A stretch of DNA of 64,000 nt from Hypanus sabinus (Eukaryota). The stretch lies in assembly GCF_030144855.1 (NCBI RefSeq), contig NC_082725.1:26412001-26476000 (forward strand). The letters run 5' to 3'. The notes beneath the pieces are model-generated. The model was not told where the DNA came from. It saw only the letters and a list, made by a program, of their open reading frames with translations, and did not search any database. Positions 36,622 to 50,184 of this stretch are shown here, piece after piece (position 1 is the stretch's first letter; each line of letters opens with the position of its first letter). The position numbers were made by a program, and so were the translations under genes.

Positions 36622-39600
36622 TTACATCATATGAAAATATTGAATAAATGGTCTCCATATCTTATCAAATTTAATAGAAGTATCAAATACAACACTACTA
36701 TTTTTTTCTAAATTTAGACAGAACATAGTTTGAGAAAACCAATGAAATATGGTAGGAGGATTAATTTCTTTCCAATTCAACAAAATAGATCTTTTAGCCA
36801 TTAATGTAAGAAATGCAATCATTTGACAAGCAGAAGAGGATAAATGGAGTGAGTCCATCATTGGTAAACCAAAAATTGCAGTAATAGGATGAGGTTGTAA
36901 ATCAATGTTCAATACCATAGAAATAATATCAAAAATTTCTTTCCAATATTTTTTCAAAAGCATACACAACCAGAACATATGAGTTAAGGACGCCATCTCA
37001 GAATGACATCTGTCACAAATAGGATTTATATAGGAATAAAAATGAGCCAATTTATCCTTGGACATATGAGCCCTGTGCACAACTTTAAACTATATTAATG
37101 AATGTTTAGCACATATAGATGATGTATTAACTAATTGAAGAATTTTATCCCAATTCTCAATAGGGATAGTAAGGTTAAGTTCTCTTTCCCAATCATTTTT
37201 AATCTTATAGAAGGGCTCTGAAAGTATCTTCATAATTATATTGTAAAGTTTTGATGTTATCCCTTTCTGAGAAGGATTTAGTTCAAACAAATTCTCCAAA
37301 ATACCTGAAGACACAAAATTTGGAAAAGTAGGAAGTACAGTATTTAAGAAATTCCTAATCTGTAAATATCTAAAAAAATGAAATCTAGGCAAATTATATT
37401 TATTAGATAATTGTTCAAAAGACATAAAACAATTATCCTAAATTAAATCGGAAAATCGTAGTAATCCTTCAGTCTTCCAAGCTGAATAAGCTTGGTCTAT
37501 AATAGGATAAAAAAAGCAATGGGATACAATAGGAATATTTAAAACAAACTGAGTCAACCCAAAAAATTTCCGAAATTGAAACCATATACGTAAAGTATGT
37601 TTAACTATCGGGTTGTCAATTCATTTCAGCAATTTAGAAAGAGCAAAGGGAAGAGAAGTCCCTAAAATAGAACCCAATGAAAATCCTTGTACAGATCTAA
37701 TTTTCAGGTTCACACAATGAGGGCTAAAAGATATATCCCAATCCTTTAACCAACATATCAAACATCAGATATTAACTGCCCAATAATAAAATCTAAAATT
37801 AGGCAATGCCACTCCAGCTTCCTTCCTTGCCTTCTGTAAATACTTTTTTACCTAATCTAGGACTTTTATTCTGCCATATATATGAGGAAATTTTTGAATC
37901 AACATTAGCAAAAAAAGATTTCAGAATAAAAATTGGTACTGCTTGAAATATATATAAAAACTTGGGTAAAATAACCATCTTAATAGAATTAATCTGATCT
38001 ATCAGAGATAAAGATACTGGTGACCATTTGGTAAACAAACATTTAATCTAATCGATTGAGGGTAAAAAATTAACTTTAAATAAGTCCTTATAGGTTTTTT
38101 GTGATTTTAATCCCTAAGTAAATAAAAGAGTCATTAACTAATTTAAAAGATAAATATCCATAAATTGGAACCTGTCCATTTAAAGGAAACAATTCACTCT
38201 TATTAAGATTTAATTTATATCCGGAAAAATTACTAAATTGAGCCAACAATGATATAATTGCAGGAATGGATTTCTCAGGATCAGAAATAAATAATAATAA
38301 ATCATCTGCATATAATGATGGCTTATGTATATCTGTCCCACGATTAATGCCAAAAATGTTCTGTGATTCTCTGCTAGCAATTGCCAAGGGTTCTAAAGCA
38401 ATATCAAATAATAATGGACTGAGAGGACAGCCTTGTCTAGTACCCCGAAATAAACAAAAAAGGAGATCTTTGATTGTTAGTAAGCACCAAGGCTACTGGA
38501 GTATGATATATCAGTTTCATCCAGGAAATGAATGTCGGACTAAAATTAAACTTCTCAAGCACATTAAGTAAGTATGGCCATTCAACTCTATCAAATGCTT
38601 TCTCCACATCTAATGAAATGACACATTCTGAAGTGCTATGTGAAGGAATATAAACAATATTCAATAATCTCCTAACATTGAAAAAAGAAAAGCAATTTTT
38701 AATAAAAACGGTTTGATCTTCCGAAATAATTTGGCGTAATACCTTCTCCAGCCTTGATGCCAGTAACTTGGAAAAGATCTTGGAATCTACATTCAATAAA
38801 GATATTGGTCTATAGGATGCAGTCAGTAGGGTCTTTATCTTTCTTCAATATTAAAGAAATGGAAGCTCTATAAAAAGATTGTGGCAGATTACCCAATCTA
38901 ATTGCTTCTTCAAAAACCCTGCATAACCAAGGGGAAAGAGTAGCAGAAAAGCATTTTAAAAATTCTACTGTATACCCATCTGGACCTGGTGCTTTCCCAG
39001 AATTCATAGAGGAAATAACCCCTTTAATTTCTGCATCCGTAATAGGAGTTTCTAATATTGAAAGATCATCTGATGATAATTTTGGAAAGTTCAATTTCCC
39101 AAGAAAATCACACATGGTATTATGATCATGAGGGAATTTGGAATGATACAGGGAGGTATAAAAATCTTGAAATGATTTGTTTATCTCATCATGGTTAACT
39201 GTCAGATCTCCATTCTGCTGACGGATCTTAGTAATTTGACGTTTAACCAAAGCATTCTTCAATTGACTAGCTAACAGTTTACCCTATTCATCACTATGTA
39301 TATAAAAATCAGATTTGGTTTTCATTAATTGATTTTCAATCGAAGATGTCAGTAATAAACTATGTTCCATTTGAAGTTCAACCCTTTGTTTGTAAAGCTC
39401 CTTACTAGGAGTAGTCGAATATTTCTTGTCAATCTCTTTAATTTTATCAACCAATAAAAGAGTTTCCTTCTTAATGCGTTTTCTCAGACCAACAGAGTAG
39501 GAGATAATCTGTCCATGTATATATGCTTTAAAAGTGTCCCAAAGTGTTCCGCAAGAAATATAATCCATGGAATTAGTTGAAAAGAAGAAATCAATCTGTT

Positions 39601-40397
39601 CCTTCATAAATTTAATAAAATCCGGATTCTGCAGTAAGGTAGAATCAAATCGCCATTGTCTAGCACTAGAAGCTGTATCCGTAAATTTAATAGAAAGTTT
39701 TAATGGAGCATGGTCAGAGATGGCTATAATATCATAATTACAACCAATTACCGATGGAATAAAACAAGAGTCAATAAAAAATAATCAATTCTCGAGTAGG
39801 AATGATAAACATGTGAGAAAAATGAAATCTCTTTGTCCTTAGAATGCCAAAATCTCCAAATATCAAAAATTCCATTATCAGTAAAAAAAAGAGTTAATAC
39901 AAGTGGCTGACTTATTAGGTAAAGTCTGAGTAGATGTAGATTTGTCCAACAAAGGATTTAAACAACAATTAAAGTCTCCACCCATTATTAACTTATATTC
40001 ATTTAGATTTGGTAGAGAAGTAAATAAGGACTTAAAAAATCGGGACAATCACATTTGGAACATAAACATTAACCATAGCAGCCTTTTTGTTAAAAACTAA
40101 GCCAGTAATTAACAAAAATCTACCATTCAGATCCGAAAAGATATTGTGTTGGACAAATGCAATAGAGGAGTCAATAAAAATTGAAACTCCCTTTACTTTA
40201 GCATTCAAATTCGATTGGTACTGTTGACCCCTCTAAAACCTAAAAAAGCGATAATTATCCTCTTTCCTCACATGAGTTTCTTGCACAAAAATAATATGAG
40301 CATTAAGTCTTTGAAATACTTTGAAAATCTTTTTCTGTTTAATCTGATGGTTTAAGCCATTAGTATTCCAAGAGACAAAATTAATGGTCTGAGCCAT
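36622..40397 (-). pseudogene. L1 ORF2 (APE endonuclease, RT, C-terminal Cys motif), fragmented
   Basis: Starts MAQTINFVSWNTNGLN; GKAPGPDGY; SLDVEKAFDRVEW; SLYADDLLL; CDRCHSEMASLTHMFWLC; multiple frameshifts and stops. Confidence 0.92.
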
Positions 40398-41158
40398 ATT
40401 TCTGAAATCAACCCTTTGGTATATAAAGGGTTAACCAAATTATTAACTCATGCACCCAGAGGAGGTACAAAAATAAGGGGCGGACCCGGAAGTGACGACA
40501 TCACGGACATTTTGATAGATTAAAATCAGCCCAAATGAAGAAACTAAAAAAAAACTGATGTAAGGAACATAAGATCTAGGAAAAAAACCCCACCCCCCAC
40601 CCAAGAAGAGAAAAGACCACCCCAGCCAGGAAAAGGCTGGGAAAAAGGAGAAATGAAACTAAATCTACCCCCATATCAGCAGAAGACAACTCCGTATATA
40701 AAGGATAAAAAAGATCCATCCAAACTCTAAAGAAATAATAATCACTATACTAAAACCAAACTTCTTAATATAATTGGTAGTAAAAAAACAAAAAGAATAT
40801 AATCACTAGTAACTTATAAATCGGGTTAAAACCCAAACAAACCAAAAAAAAATTTAAATTGTGATAAGAAATGCATTATAGGAAGAAGACGAGAGAAAAA
40901 AAATGGTGAAATTAAAAAAAAGCCAAAAATATTTTAGAGAAGAAACCGCCATCTATGTAAAAAAAACTTGCCTTCGAAGGATTAATAATAATGACCAAAG
41001 ATAAAGTACAGTGGTTGAAGTAAGTAAAAAGATTAGTATGTCGAAAAAAAAAACTTTAATTAGAGTATAAAATATAGAGTAAACCTACACCAATATCCAG
41101 AAACAAAATCTAGTTTTGGAAACAAAAACCATCTTGCACGATCAAAATCACTCATTTA

Positions 41159-42007
41159 TTAGAGATGAGAATCCGTAGCAGTAGGGAAGTTCTCATTCAG
41201 AAAGCTTCTCGCTTCAGATGTAGAAAGGAAAACCTGTTGTGGTGCATTCCGAGGCAAGATTCTGAGCTTTGCAGGGTATAAGAGCGCAGGTTTTAGATTT
41301 TTCTCATAACATTCAGACATCAGAGGTTTAAAAAGAAGCCTTGCCTTCATTACTTCTGGACTAAAATCTTCCACTAATCGAAAATTGTGTTCTTGAAATT
41401 TGACCATCCCTACACGCTCACCCACACAAATAAGTTGCTCTTTAACATGCACATAATGAAACTGGACAATTACAACCCGTGGTTTAGCTGAAGCGCTTGG
41501 TGATCGACGTATAATTCTGAGAGCGCGATCAAGTAACGGAGGATTGTCTGGGAATACAGAAGGGAACGCATCCTTTAAAAGTTGAGCAAAGTACTTCGAG
41601 GTGTCCCCTTGTTCAATACCTTCTGGGAGACCAAGAATGCATAAGTTCTGTCTTCTGGACCGATTCTCAAAGTTGACACTCTTGGCTTTAAGTGTTTCCA
41701 CCTGTTTAATCGTCGAAAGTCATTTCTGCTCCAGTTTTTCAATTATCAAGTCTCGTTTCTGAACATCCTCTTGCAAAGTTGCGATTAAAACTTGCTGATA
41801 GTTAACTACTGAATCCGTCTTATCCATATAATCTTGAAAAGCCTTTATATCTTGTTTGAAAATTTGTCATTGTTCTTCAAATTTTTCATTTAAAACCTCC
41901 AGTAATATTTTATAAGTCAATTCAGTGCACTTCGGATCAGTCTTTTTCTTTGTCCCGTTCCTGTTAGGATCTTTCCCAGGTTCTCGCCCTTTAGATCTAA
42001 GAGCCAT
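41159..42007 (-). pseudogene. L1 ORF1p (coiled-coil, RRM, CTD) with in-frame stops
   Basis: ENRSRRQNLCILGLPEGIE, EDFSPEV, LLYPAKLRI; ATG at 42007 is in frame; TGA at 41720-41722. Confidence 0.88.
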
Positions 42008-42189
42008 TTCTGTATTCATTTCTTCAAAAATTCACAATAAACTCTTAAGGATAAGTCCAAAAAAGTAGCAAGTATCTTTTGGTGTAGGTAAAAGTATGTT
42101 AAATAAGGGTGATCATAGGTTCAAAAAAGTAAAGGTTATGGAGCGAATCTGAAACAGTGCTCACTCCATGAGCGTCTCCTGCTGACCAC

Positions 42190-42720
42190 AAGCTCACCAT
42201 TTTCTCCTTGCATACTGTATTGCGCACACTTCATAGCCAACAAGTCGCCAGACTTTGCTTTTCCTTGTGCTCAAGCTTAGAGCTCCTGAATCTCAATCTC
42301 AGAAGGAGTACGCAGGTCATGCAGCTGAGACAAATTGAAGACTCCTCAAGCACGGAGGTTTGTGGTTTCACTCCTGGGCAGGCAGTCCTGGCAAAGGACT
42401 ACAGAGCTGATCAAAAGTGGGTACCTGGAGAGATCAAGAACAGAACTGGATCATTCTCCTACACAGTGGAGGTTGTATCTGATATCATGTGGAGACGACA
42501 CATTAATCAGTTGAGGAAAGTCAATTGTTAGAGAAGAAAGGTGTCCAGAGCTGTCAGGAAGCACGTACTGCAGTCTCAGAGTCAACTCCTACAAGCACCA
42601 TGGACGAGGACCTGGTACCTGAGATCATTTCAGAGCCACAAATTTTACTTGCCAAGCACAGTGACCCTCACTACCCCTCCCCTTTGCCGGTCAGGAAAGA
42701 CATTATCATCCACAGTGATT
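42190..42720 (+). mobile_element. Old Gypsy integrase remnant, right half
   Basis: FTPGQAVLAKDYR..KWVPGEI..YTVEV..WRRHINQLR, the integrase C-terminus, continuing 35630-36183 across the TSD. Confidence 0.8.
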
Positions 42721-43049
42721 AAATGGGACATTAGGGTTGGAATGTGAGAAATACATACATGACATATAGTACATTAAGCCACAATGTCATATGAGAGTAC
42801 CACACTGAAGAAAAATTAAGTAGACAAGGGAGAAAATAAACAAAAGCTATGGAATAAGGGTAACTACACATTCACAATACTTGACATTCATTCAATGCAG
42901 GACAGCCCTTTAACTGTCATGCCATTTATCGCACAGAAGATTGACCCCCCCCACCCCACCAGATGTAATCGATCGTCATTAAACCTACCATCAGTGAGAT
43001 GCACCATTGCAAGCCTCTAACATACCTTTGCTACCCATTCATAAACATG

Positions 43050-43180
43050 ACAAAGGCAGCAGATGCTAGAAATCCAAAGGAAAGCACACAAAATGTTGGA
43101 GGAACTCAACAAGTCAGGCAGCATCTATGGACATGAATAGCCAATCGATGTTTTGGGCCTAGACCTTTCTTCATGACTAG
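43050..43180 (-). mobile_element. Penelope terminal fragment
   Basis: CACACAAAATGTTGGAGGAACTCAACAAGTCAGGCAGCATCTATGG plus a decayed hammerhead motif. Confidence 0.7.
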
Positions 43181-45344
43181 CCATGCCACATCAGAGATTT
43201 ATCCCACCACTTAAATGTTTGCAGGCAGTGAATGCACAGGAACAATGTTACTGACATTACCTTACTAATAACAAAATATGTCTCAGTCACTTAACCATCA
43301 CTATAACGGACTTTCCTACGCAAAAGTACTGTGGGGCATATTCACAGCAGAAACAACAGAAGTTCAGACATCCGTCCATTCACCACTTTGTATGGGGAAA
43401 TTAGGAAATAGACAATTAATATTAGCATTGCCAGCTATGTCTTGATCCCATGATTCTTTTTTAAATAACTTCAAATTGATAATGGCAAGGACGTTGTAGT
43501 ATCCACAATGCATAGAGATTTACAAAAGAACAGCCAGATCTACTATTCTTCTTTGTTGCCAGGGATCAAAACCGGGTTTTGTCTGTGATGTGAATGCTGA
43601 GAAGTAACATTGGGGCCTTAGAAATAATAAGATCCCTGGTTAACTATCTTACTGACATGCACTATTTAGGCTAACGGTTGAAGAACTTAAGTACCTTGTG
43701 CACCAGGATTCTCCTGGCACCAGAGGAATTAAAATCCACATTTAGTATGAACTTCCAGGGACAAAGTAGAATCTCTATTTTTTACAATAAGGACATCTTT
43801 ATATCTCTGCAATTATTAGGAAATATTTATTTCCTGATTAAGTCCAAGTTTCTATACATTTTCAGAAGATTTAATGCCATGGATTACTAATATTTACTAC
43901 TAAGAAAGTTGTCCATCTTCGCAATATGAAACAACGTGCTCAGAGGCTGAAACTGCTTTTTCTGAAAGGCTTTGATGAAAATTTCTTTTGATCTTCTACC
44001 TTGAAAGGGCTGTTTAATTTATACTACATATACGGCTTTTGAGATCTGTATAATGCATTGAGAAATTAGCTCACTGCATGTTTATTCAATGGCCAGCACC
44101 ACAGAGAAAAGCCAAAAACTGCAATAACTTTACATGCTATTTCATTATCAAGATTTTCAATTAGACTACGGGAATGCGTGATTTTAAAGGTGTTCTTTTT
44201 AGACTGGCAATTCTTTGGGATAACATCTACTATTAAATTTCTATTAGTAAAGTTTCCATATGAATCACCCACAATTCCCTTATTGACTTTGTTGAAAGAT
44301 CAAGGCAACCCTGGGGAAACAGAGATAACTACCACACACGTCGGTTTCTCGGTTTTCCCATTGATCATCTATTGAAGTCATGTTGTAAGGTCAGTTCAAA
44401 TTCTGAAATATTTTCAGCAGCTGATTTGCATAAATAAATGCGGAGGCAAAATTAATTTAACTACAGATATGCTGGCATAGAAATGAGAAGGTGCAGCACT
44501 GTTTATTTGGGGATGAGCTTGCAACAGAGTGAAATGTGATGGCAACCATTTCCAGATTGTTTAGAGACACTCTAGAACTTAGACGAGGCATTTCTTTTCC
44601 GAAATCAGAAGTGATTTTTCCAACAGACACATTACCTTGCATCATGCCCATGTGAAGTTTGTTTCAGAGTATTACAGAGAAAACGTATGTTCTGTCTGAC
44701 ACAAGAATAACGATTGTTGACCTCTGTTAAGGCAAGTAGGCCTTCATTGTACAGTAGGACTTTGCTAAGATTAACCCTGTACTTTTATCTTCAGTGCCTC
44801 TCCCAACCCACTTCCAGCCACCATCCAAATGTCCACAGAATCAGGATTGGGAGAGGGTAATATGAACTTTGAGCTGAAGTCATTGGTCAGGTAAAAAGGT
44901 GGGAGAACGTAGTGATAGAGGTCAATACCCGCAACTGAATGCTGAGGAGATGGAAGAGCTAGTGGTTTCAGAGATAGCTGTGTTGGGGCGAAGGGCTGTT
45001 GTAATTTATGAGTAGAAGGTAGTCAGGGACTAGGCAATAAAATGGGGATAGATTGGTGAATTGGGGAACAAGAAGATAATTATGTAACATGGGCTGAAAA
45101 AGAACCTGAAGAAAGGAAAATATTTGGAACTTAGTGGGATCCTAGTCTATGACTGCCTTGTAAATTGCCTAAAGTGCTCACTTCCTAAAGAAGATGGTCT
45201 AACATTTTCTTTATTGCTCTATTTGGGAAGGACATCATGAGTTGTACATCTGACATTAATGCCATAATATCTATGTAGCAGTGTGATTCATGTCAAGGGG
45301 AGCCTGGTTGAGCTTCTGGAGCAAGTTAAAACATCCAAACAAAA

Positions 45345-45975
45345 AACATAGAATCATCTAATAGAGAAACAGGGTTGTTAGCCCAGTATGTCTGTGTCAA
45401 CTATGATACCAAATAAAATCATACCTGTCTGTACATGATCCCGATACCTCCATTCTTGTTACATTCATGCATCTGTCTTGATGTCTCTTAAACATCAATA
45501 TCATTTCTACTTCCACCTTTATCTCTGGCATCTATTCTAGACACCAATTGGATACTGTGTAAAAAGTACTTCTCCAGCACATCTCTCCTTAAACTTTTCC
45601 CTTGTCACCCTGTGGTATTTGACATTTCTATTCCAGGAAAGAGACTCAGACTATCCACCCTATGTATGTCTCTCATAATTAGGAATAAAACATTCTGTCA
45701 GATTCCCTTTCAGCCTCTGCCACCACAGAGGAAACGCCCCATGCCTGTACAAACTCTATAGTTAATTTTCCCTTACTCAGGCAGCATCCTCGTGAGCCTC
45801 CTCTGCAGCCTTTCCAAAGTCTCTACATCCTTTCTGCAATAGTGGCAACAAGAACTGAAGGCAGTACTCCAGATACGGTCTCACTAAAGTTTTGTACAGC
45901 TGCAACATGGCTTCCTGAATCTTCTGCAGAATGCCGCGAGCTATGAAGCCAAGTATGCCATTGCCTTCTTCATCT
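45345..45975 (-). mobile_element. CR1-type LINE 3' fragment
   Basis: ORF 45777-45980 LGFIARGI..MLQLYKTLVRPYLEYCLQF. Confidence 0.8.
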
Positions 45976-46616
45976 CCCAATCAACCCATGTTTCCATCTT
46001 TTCATAGTATGAGTTTGAGTTTCACATTTTATCTAATCAATAATAAGTATTATCATATTCTCAGTCCTATAGCATTGAAAAAAGGGCAATATTATATAAT
46101 ATCTAAAGCAAGATTTTGCATGGGTGTGCCACAAATACTAATACAAGCTATAAATGCTCAACATGTAGAGCCCCTGCATACAAGCAAGCATTTGGGAAGC
46201 TGACAGTATCGATCTGCCAGTTGGTGTGCAGCTGCGGGGCTTCTGCCTTATGGGAACTCAATTCATGGTCACATTTCCAAAGGCGTTGTTCATCAAGCCT
46301 GGTTTTAAATTCTGGTCCCAGGACTGGGGATTGAATCCATACCATTAAAGAAAAAGTCTTCTATCCACTGAGCCCCTAGTGCTTTTTAGCTAGAACAAAT
46401 GAGCACTCGACTAGTTCCTCTTACAATCAAATAGCCTAGAGGTTCTTATAATGCCAAACTATATTTATGCTCAAAGCCCAGGCTTGAACCCACACATTTC
46501 TGATTAAATACTCAGAATATAACCAAGTGAGACCTGGTTAACACTGCTGCACATAGTTCATTATAATTAGATCAATAAAAAGTGTACTTACTTTTGACCC
46601 AGGGCCCACTATTTTA

Positions 46617-47915
46617 TGCAACACACACAAGATGCAGGAGGAACTCAGCAGGTCAGGCAGTGTCAATGGAAATGAATAACCAATCGATGTTTCAGGCCAA
46701 GACCTTTCTTCAGGACTGGAAAGGAAGCGAGAAGATGCCAAAAGTAAAAGTGGAGGAGGGGAAGGTGATAGGTGAAGGCAGGAGGTAAAGGAATGCAGAG
46801 AAATTGAGCTGAAAGAAGAGGAGAGTGGAACAGTGGAGAGAAGGGAGCAGCAGGGAGAGGTAGAGGTGATAGGCCAGTGAGAAGAGGTAAGGGGTTAGGA
46901 TGGCGAAAAGAAGAAAAGGGAAAGGGGAGGATGAAAAAATACCAGAAGAAGAAATTGATTTTCATGCCATCACTTTGGAGGCCACCTAAAAAGAATATGC
47001 GGTGCTGCTTCTCTACCCTGGGAGTGGCCTCATCACGGCAGAAGAAGAGGCCATAGACTGACATGTCAGAACAGGATAAGAAATAAAATGGTAGGCTACC
47101 AGGAAATTCTGCCTTCTGCAGATGGAGCAGAGCTTCTCGACCAAGATGTTCCCTAATTTATGTTGGGTCTCAACAATGCAACCTCACCTAGAAGGTGTCT
47201 GGGCAGGTGTAGCATTGCTTGCAGAGATGTGTGCCAGGGAATCAGTAGGAAGGGATGAATGGATAGGAAATTCATGGAGAGAGCGATCCCTGTAGAAAGT
47301 AGAGCGTTGAGAGAGGTAAGGATGAGTTTGGTGGTAGGATCCGGTTGAAGATGGTGGAAGTTGTGGAGATAGATGTGTTGGATGTGGAGCCTCATGGGGT
47401 GGTAAATGAGGAGAAGAGAAACATCAATATCATAGCAGCACTGATTGTAAAGGACGGGGAGACCCTGGTCTTTGAAAAAGGAGGACATTCTTAATGTTCT
47501 GGAATGGAAAGGCTCTGGAGACAAAGCAAATGAAAAAAGGGAATATCACTTTTTCAGGAGATAGAGGGAGTTATAGTCTAGATGGCTGTGGGAAATGGTA
47601 GGTTTGTAACAAATGTCAATAGACAACTTTCCAGATATAGTATCAGGAAGACTGAGAAATCTGAGGGAGGTGTCAGAAATGGACCAAGTGAATATATGGG
47701 TAGAATGGAAGTTGGAGGCAAATTTGATGAAATTGACTAGCTCATCATGGGTGCATGAAGTAACACCAATGCTTCATCAATTTAGCAAAGGAAGAGTTGA
47801 GGAGCATTAGCAGGAAGGCTTGGAACATGGACTGTCCTATGTAGCCAACAAAATGGCAGGCATAGCTGGGGCCTTGAGTCTGGCGAAAGTGGGAGAATCT
47901 GAAGCAGAAATTGTT
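46617..47915 (-). mobile_element. Degraded Penelope-like element
   Basis: DEATPRVEKQHRIFFLGGLQSDGMKINF (GIY-YIG tail); RT remnant GPSYACHFVGYI near 47830-47875. Confidence 0.8.
46680..46719 (-). ncRNA. Minimal hammerhead ribozyme motif in Penelope end
   Basis: Minus strand CCAGTC-CTGAAGA-A-AGGTCTTGGCCT-GAAA-C-ATC-GATTGG: CUGANGA and GAAA core, stem II, 6-bp stem I. Activity untested. Confidence 0.6.
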
Positions 47916-48554
47916 AGCACCATGTACTCCACTTTGAACTTGTTGCTCTTTACTCAGAATACTGGATGTGCTCTTACATGATATATTTCTTCAATCACTT
48001 GCACATTCACCTTGCAACGAAGAACTGATAATGTCCTAATGCCTGACCTTTGATTCAGGAAGAAAGGAAAGGAAGCTGTAAATTAAATTATTTATTATGT
48101 AAATTATTCACTAGATATAAGAGAGGCTGTCACAGTGCTTAAAAGTGTAAAACATCAAATGGAGATTTCTTATCAAGTTACATTCTCTAATGCAAATAAC
48201 ATTGCCATCTGCTCTATTTCCATCCAGACAGTCTGGTCTTTTGAAAAGATTGAGTTACATTTTTACATTTAAACTGGCAGCAACTCTCTGTTTTGAGGTA
48301 TTCTGTACTCTGTTCATTCTCTTTTGTGATTCATTATTTTCCTGGTTTGTAACAGAAAATGTTAGTCTTCCTTTAGCATTTATCAGCTCTTCTTTAAGGA
48401 GTATAGATTGTACAAAATATGTAAAATTGATGCAACTTCCTAAATAACAAGCAAAAGCCAAAAATCCTATGCACCAAATAGAATCAGGGAAAGAGGGGAA
48501 TGTGAAGGAGCTATAGATATGAAAGATAGAAATACACATAAAGAAATAAGTTCA

Positions 48555-49360
48555 TCTCTATAAATGTGCTGACAATGCAATCATTGTTGGCAGAATTTCA
48601 GATGGTGATGGGAGAGTGTACAGGAATGATATACAGTGTATCAGCTAGTTGAGTGCTGTTGCAGCAACAACCTTACACACAACATCAGTAAGACCAAAAT
48701 ACTGATTGTGGACTTCTGAAAGTGTAAGACAAGGGAACACACACCAGTCCTCATAGAGGGATCCAAAGTAGAAAGAGTGAGCAAATTCAAGTTTCTGGAT
48801 TTCAATATATCTGAGGATCTAACCTGAACCCAACGTATTGATACAGCTACAAAGAAGGCATGATAGTGGCTATATTTCATTAGGAGTTTGAGCAGATTTG
48901 TTATGTCACCAAAAACACTGTCAAATTTCTACAGGTATAAGGTGGAGTGCATTCTAACTGGCTGCATCACCATCTGGGGGAGTGTGTCAACTGCACAGGA
49001 TCAAAGGCAAGCTGCAGTGAGTTGTAAACTTAGTCAGCTCTATCATGGGCACTAGACGCTGTAGTATCCAGTACATATTGAAGGAGCAATGCCTCAAAAA
49101 GGTGGGGTCCATCATTAAGGACATCCACCACCCATCACCTTCTATGCATTGCTCCCATCAGAAAGGAGGTACCTAACCCCTCTGCCATCTGATTTCCGAA
49201 ATGGACATCGAACCCATGAAAACTACCTCACTACTTTCTTTATTTCCTATTTTTGCACAACTTATTTAACAGTTTATGTACTTACAGTAATTCATAGTTT
49301 TTGTTCTTTCTATTATTATGTATTGATTTGTACTACCACAAAGTTAACAAATTTCACAAC
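48555..49360 (+). mobile_element. Rex1/Babar-type LINE
   Basis: IYKCADNAIIVGRI RT remnant through the 3' UTR; homologous to 58290-59490. Confidence 0.8.
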
Positions 49361-50184
49361 AGTGATGGTCTTCAAAAGGAAAATAACTACAAACACCTAT
49401 GGACTAATTTGCTGCTTATTAACTGAATTTGGTGTCTTTCTCCTGTTTGACTTTAGGAGAAATAGCACCTTTCACCATTCAAAGCCTTCAATACAGTAAA
49501 ATCTCCCAACAAACCACAAACATGTTTCACTAAACTTTAGCCACATTAGGCAGCTTTAGAAATGAAAATAAAATCCTAAAGATGTAGAAAATTTGAAATC
49601 AAAAAAAGGAAATGCTGGCAATACTTAGCAGGTCAGACAGCAACTGTATAGAGAGAAATGGAGTCAGTGTGTCAAAATTAATATTTTTTTTCTCAGAACT
49701 GAGAAAAGTTAGTCAAGTTTTCAAACCCAAAGAACAAGTGAGGAAAAACATGTGATCTGTGACAGGATGGGGGTGGGGTGGTGTCATTAGGATGATTATA
49801 TAAAGTGAAAGATTACATAAAGTGAAACCAGAACTCTACAAATTTATTTAAGGGAGCTGAAAATGGGAGAGATGGAATCATTGTCATAATTTATTTAACT
49901 CAGTATCAAATTTAGAAGGCTGCAATGTGTCTCGTCGATATAGAGCAGCAAGTAAAAGATTACACAGGAGTTTGTTTAAAGGAGTGAGAAAGAGGGAGCG
50001 GGGCAGATATATAATGGTTAACACTGAAGTTTTATCTGCCAATTATAGTGTGATTAAAGTCAGTGATTGCCAAGAGGCCAGAATGAGGAAATTGCATGGA
50101 TGGTGAAGAAAGATTTAGAAATACATAGATAAAGGCAAAGGTTGAAGGCAAGAATGAGAATCTTAAAATATTACAAATGCAAGA

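Larger units (their letters stand above)
36184..42189 (-). mobile_element. Full-length L1-clade LINE (about 6.0 kb) with 16-bp TSD
   Basis: TSD AAGCTCACCATTTTCT at 36168-36183 and 42190-42205; ORF1, spacer, ORF2, T-rich 3' UTR, AATAAA and A-rich tail. Confidence 0.93.

Noticed and set aside
36256-36634. Lys-rich and Phe/Leu-rich ORFs
   Set aside because: Low-complexity translations of the L1 T-rich 3' UTR.
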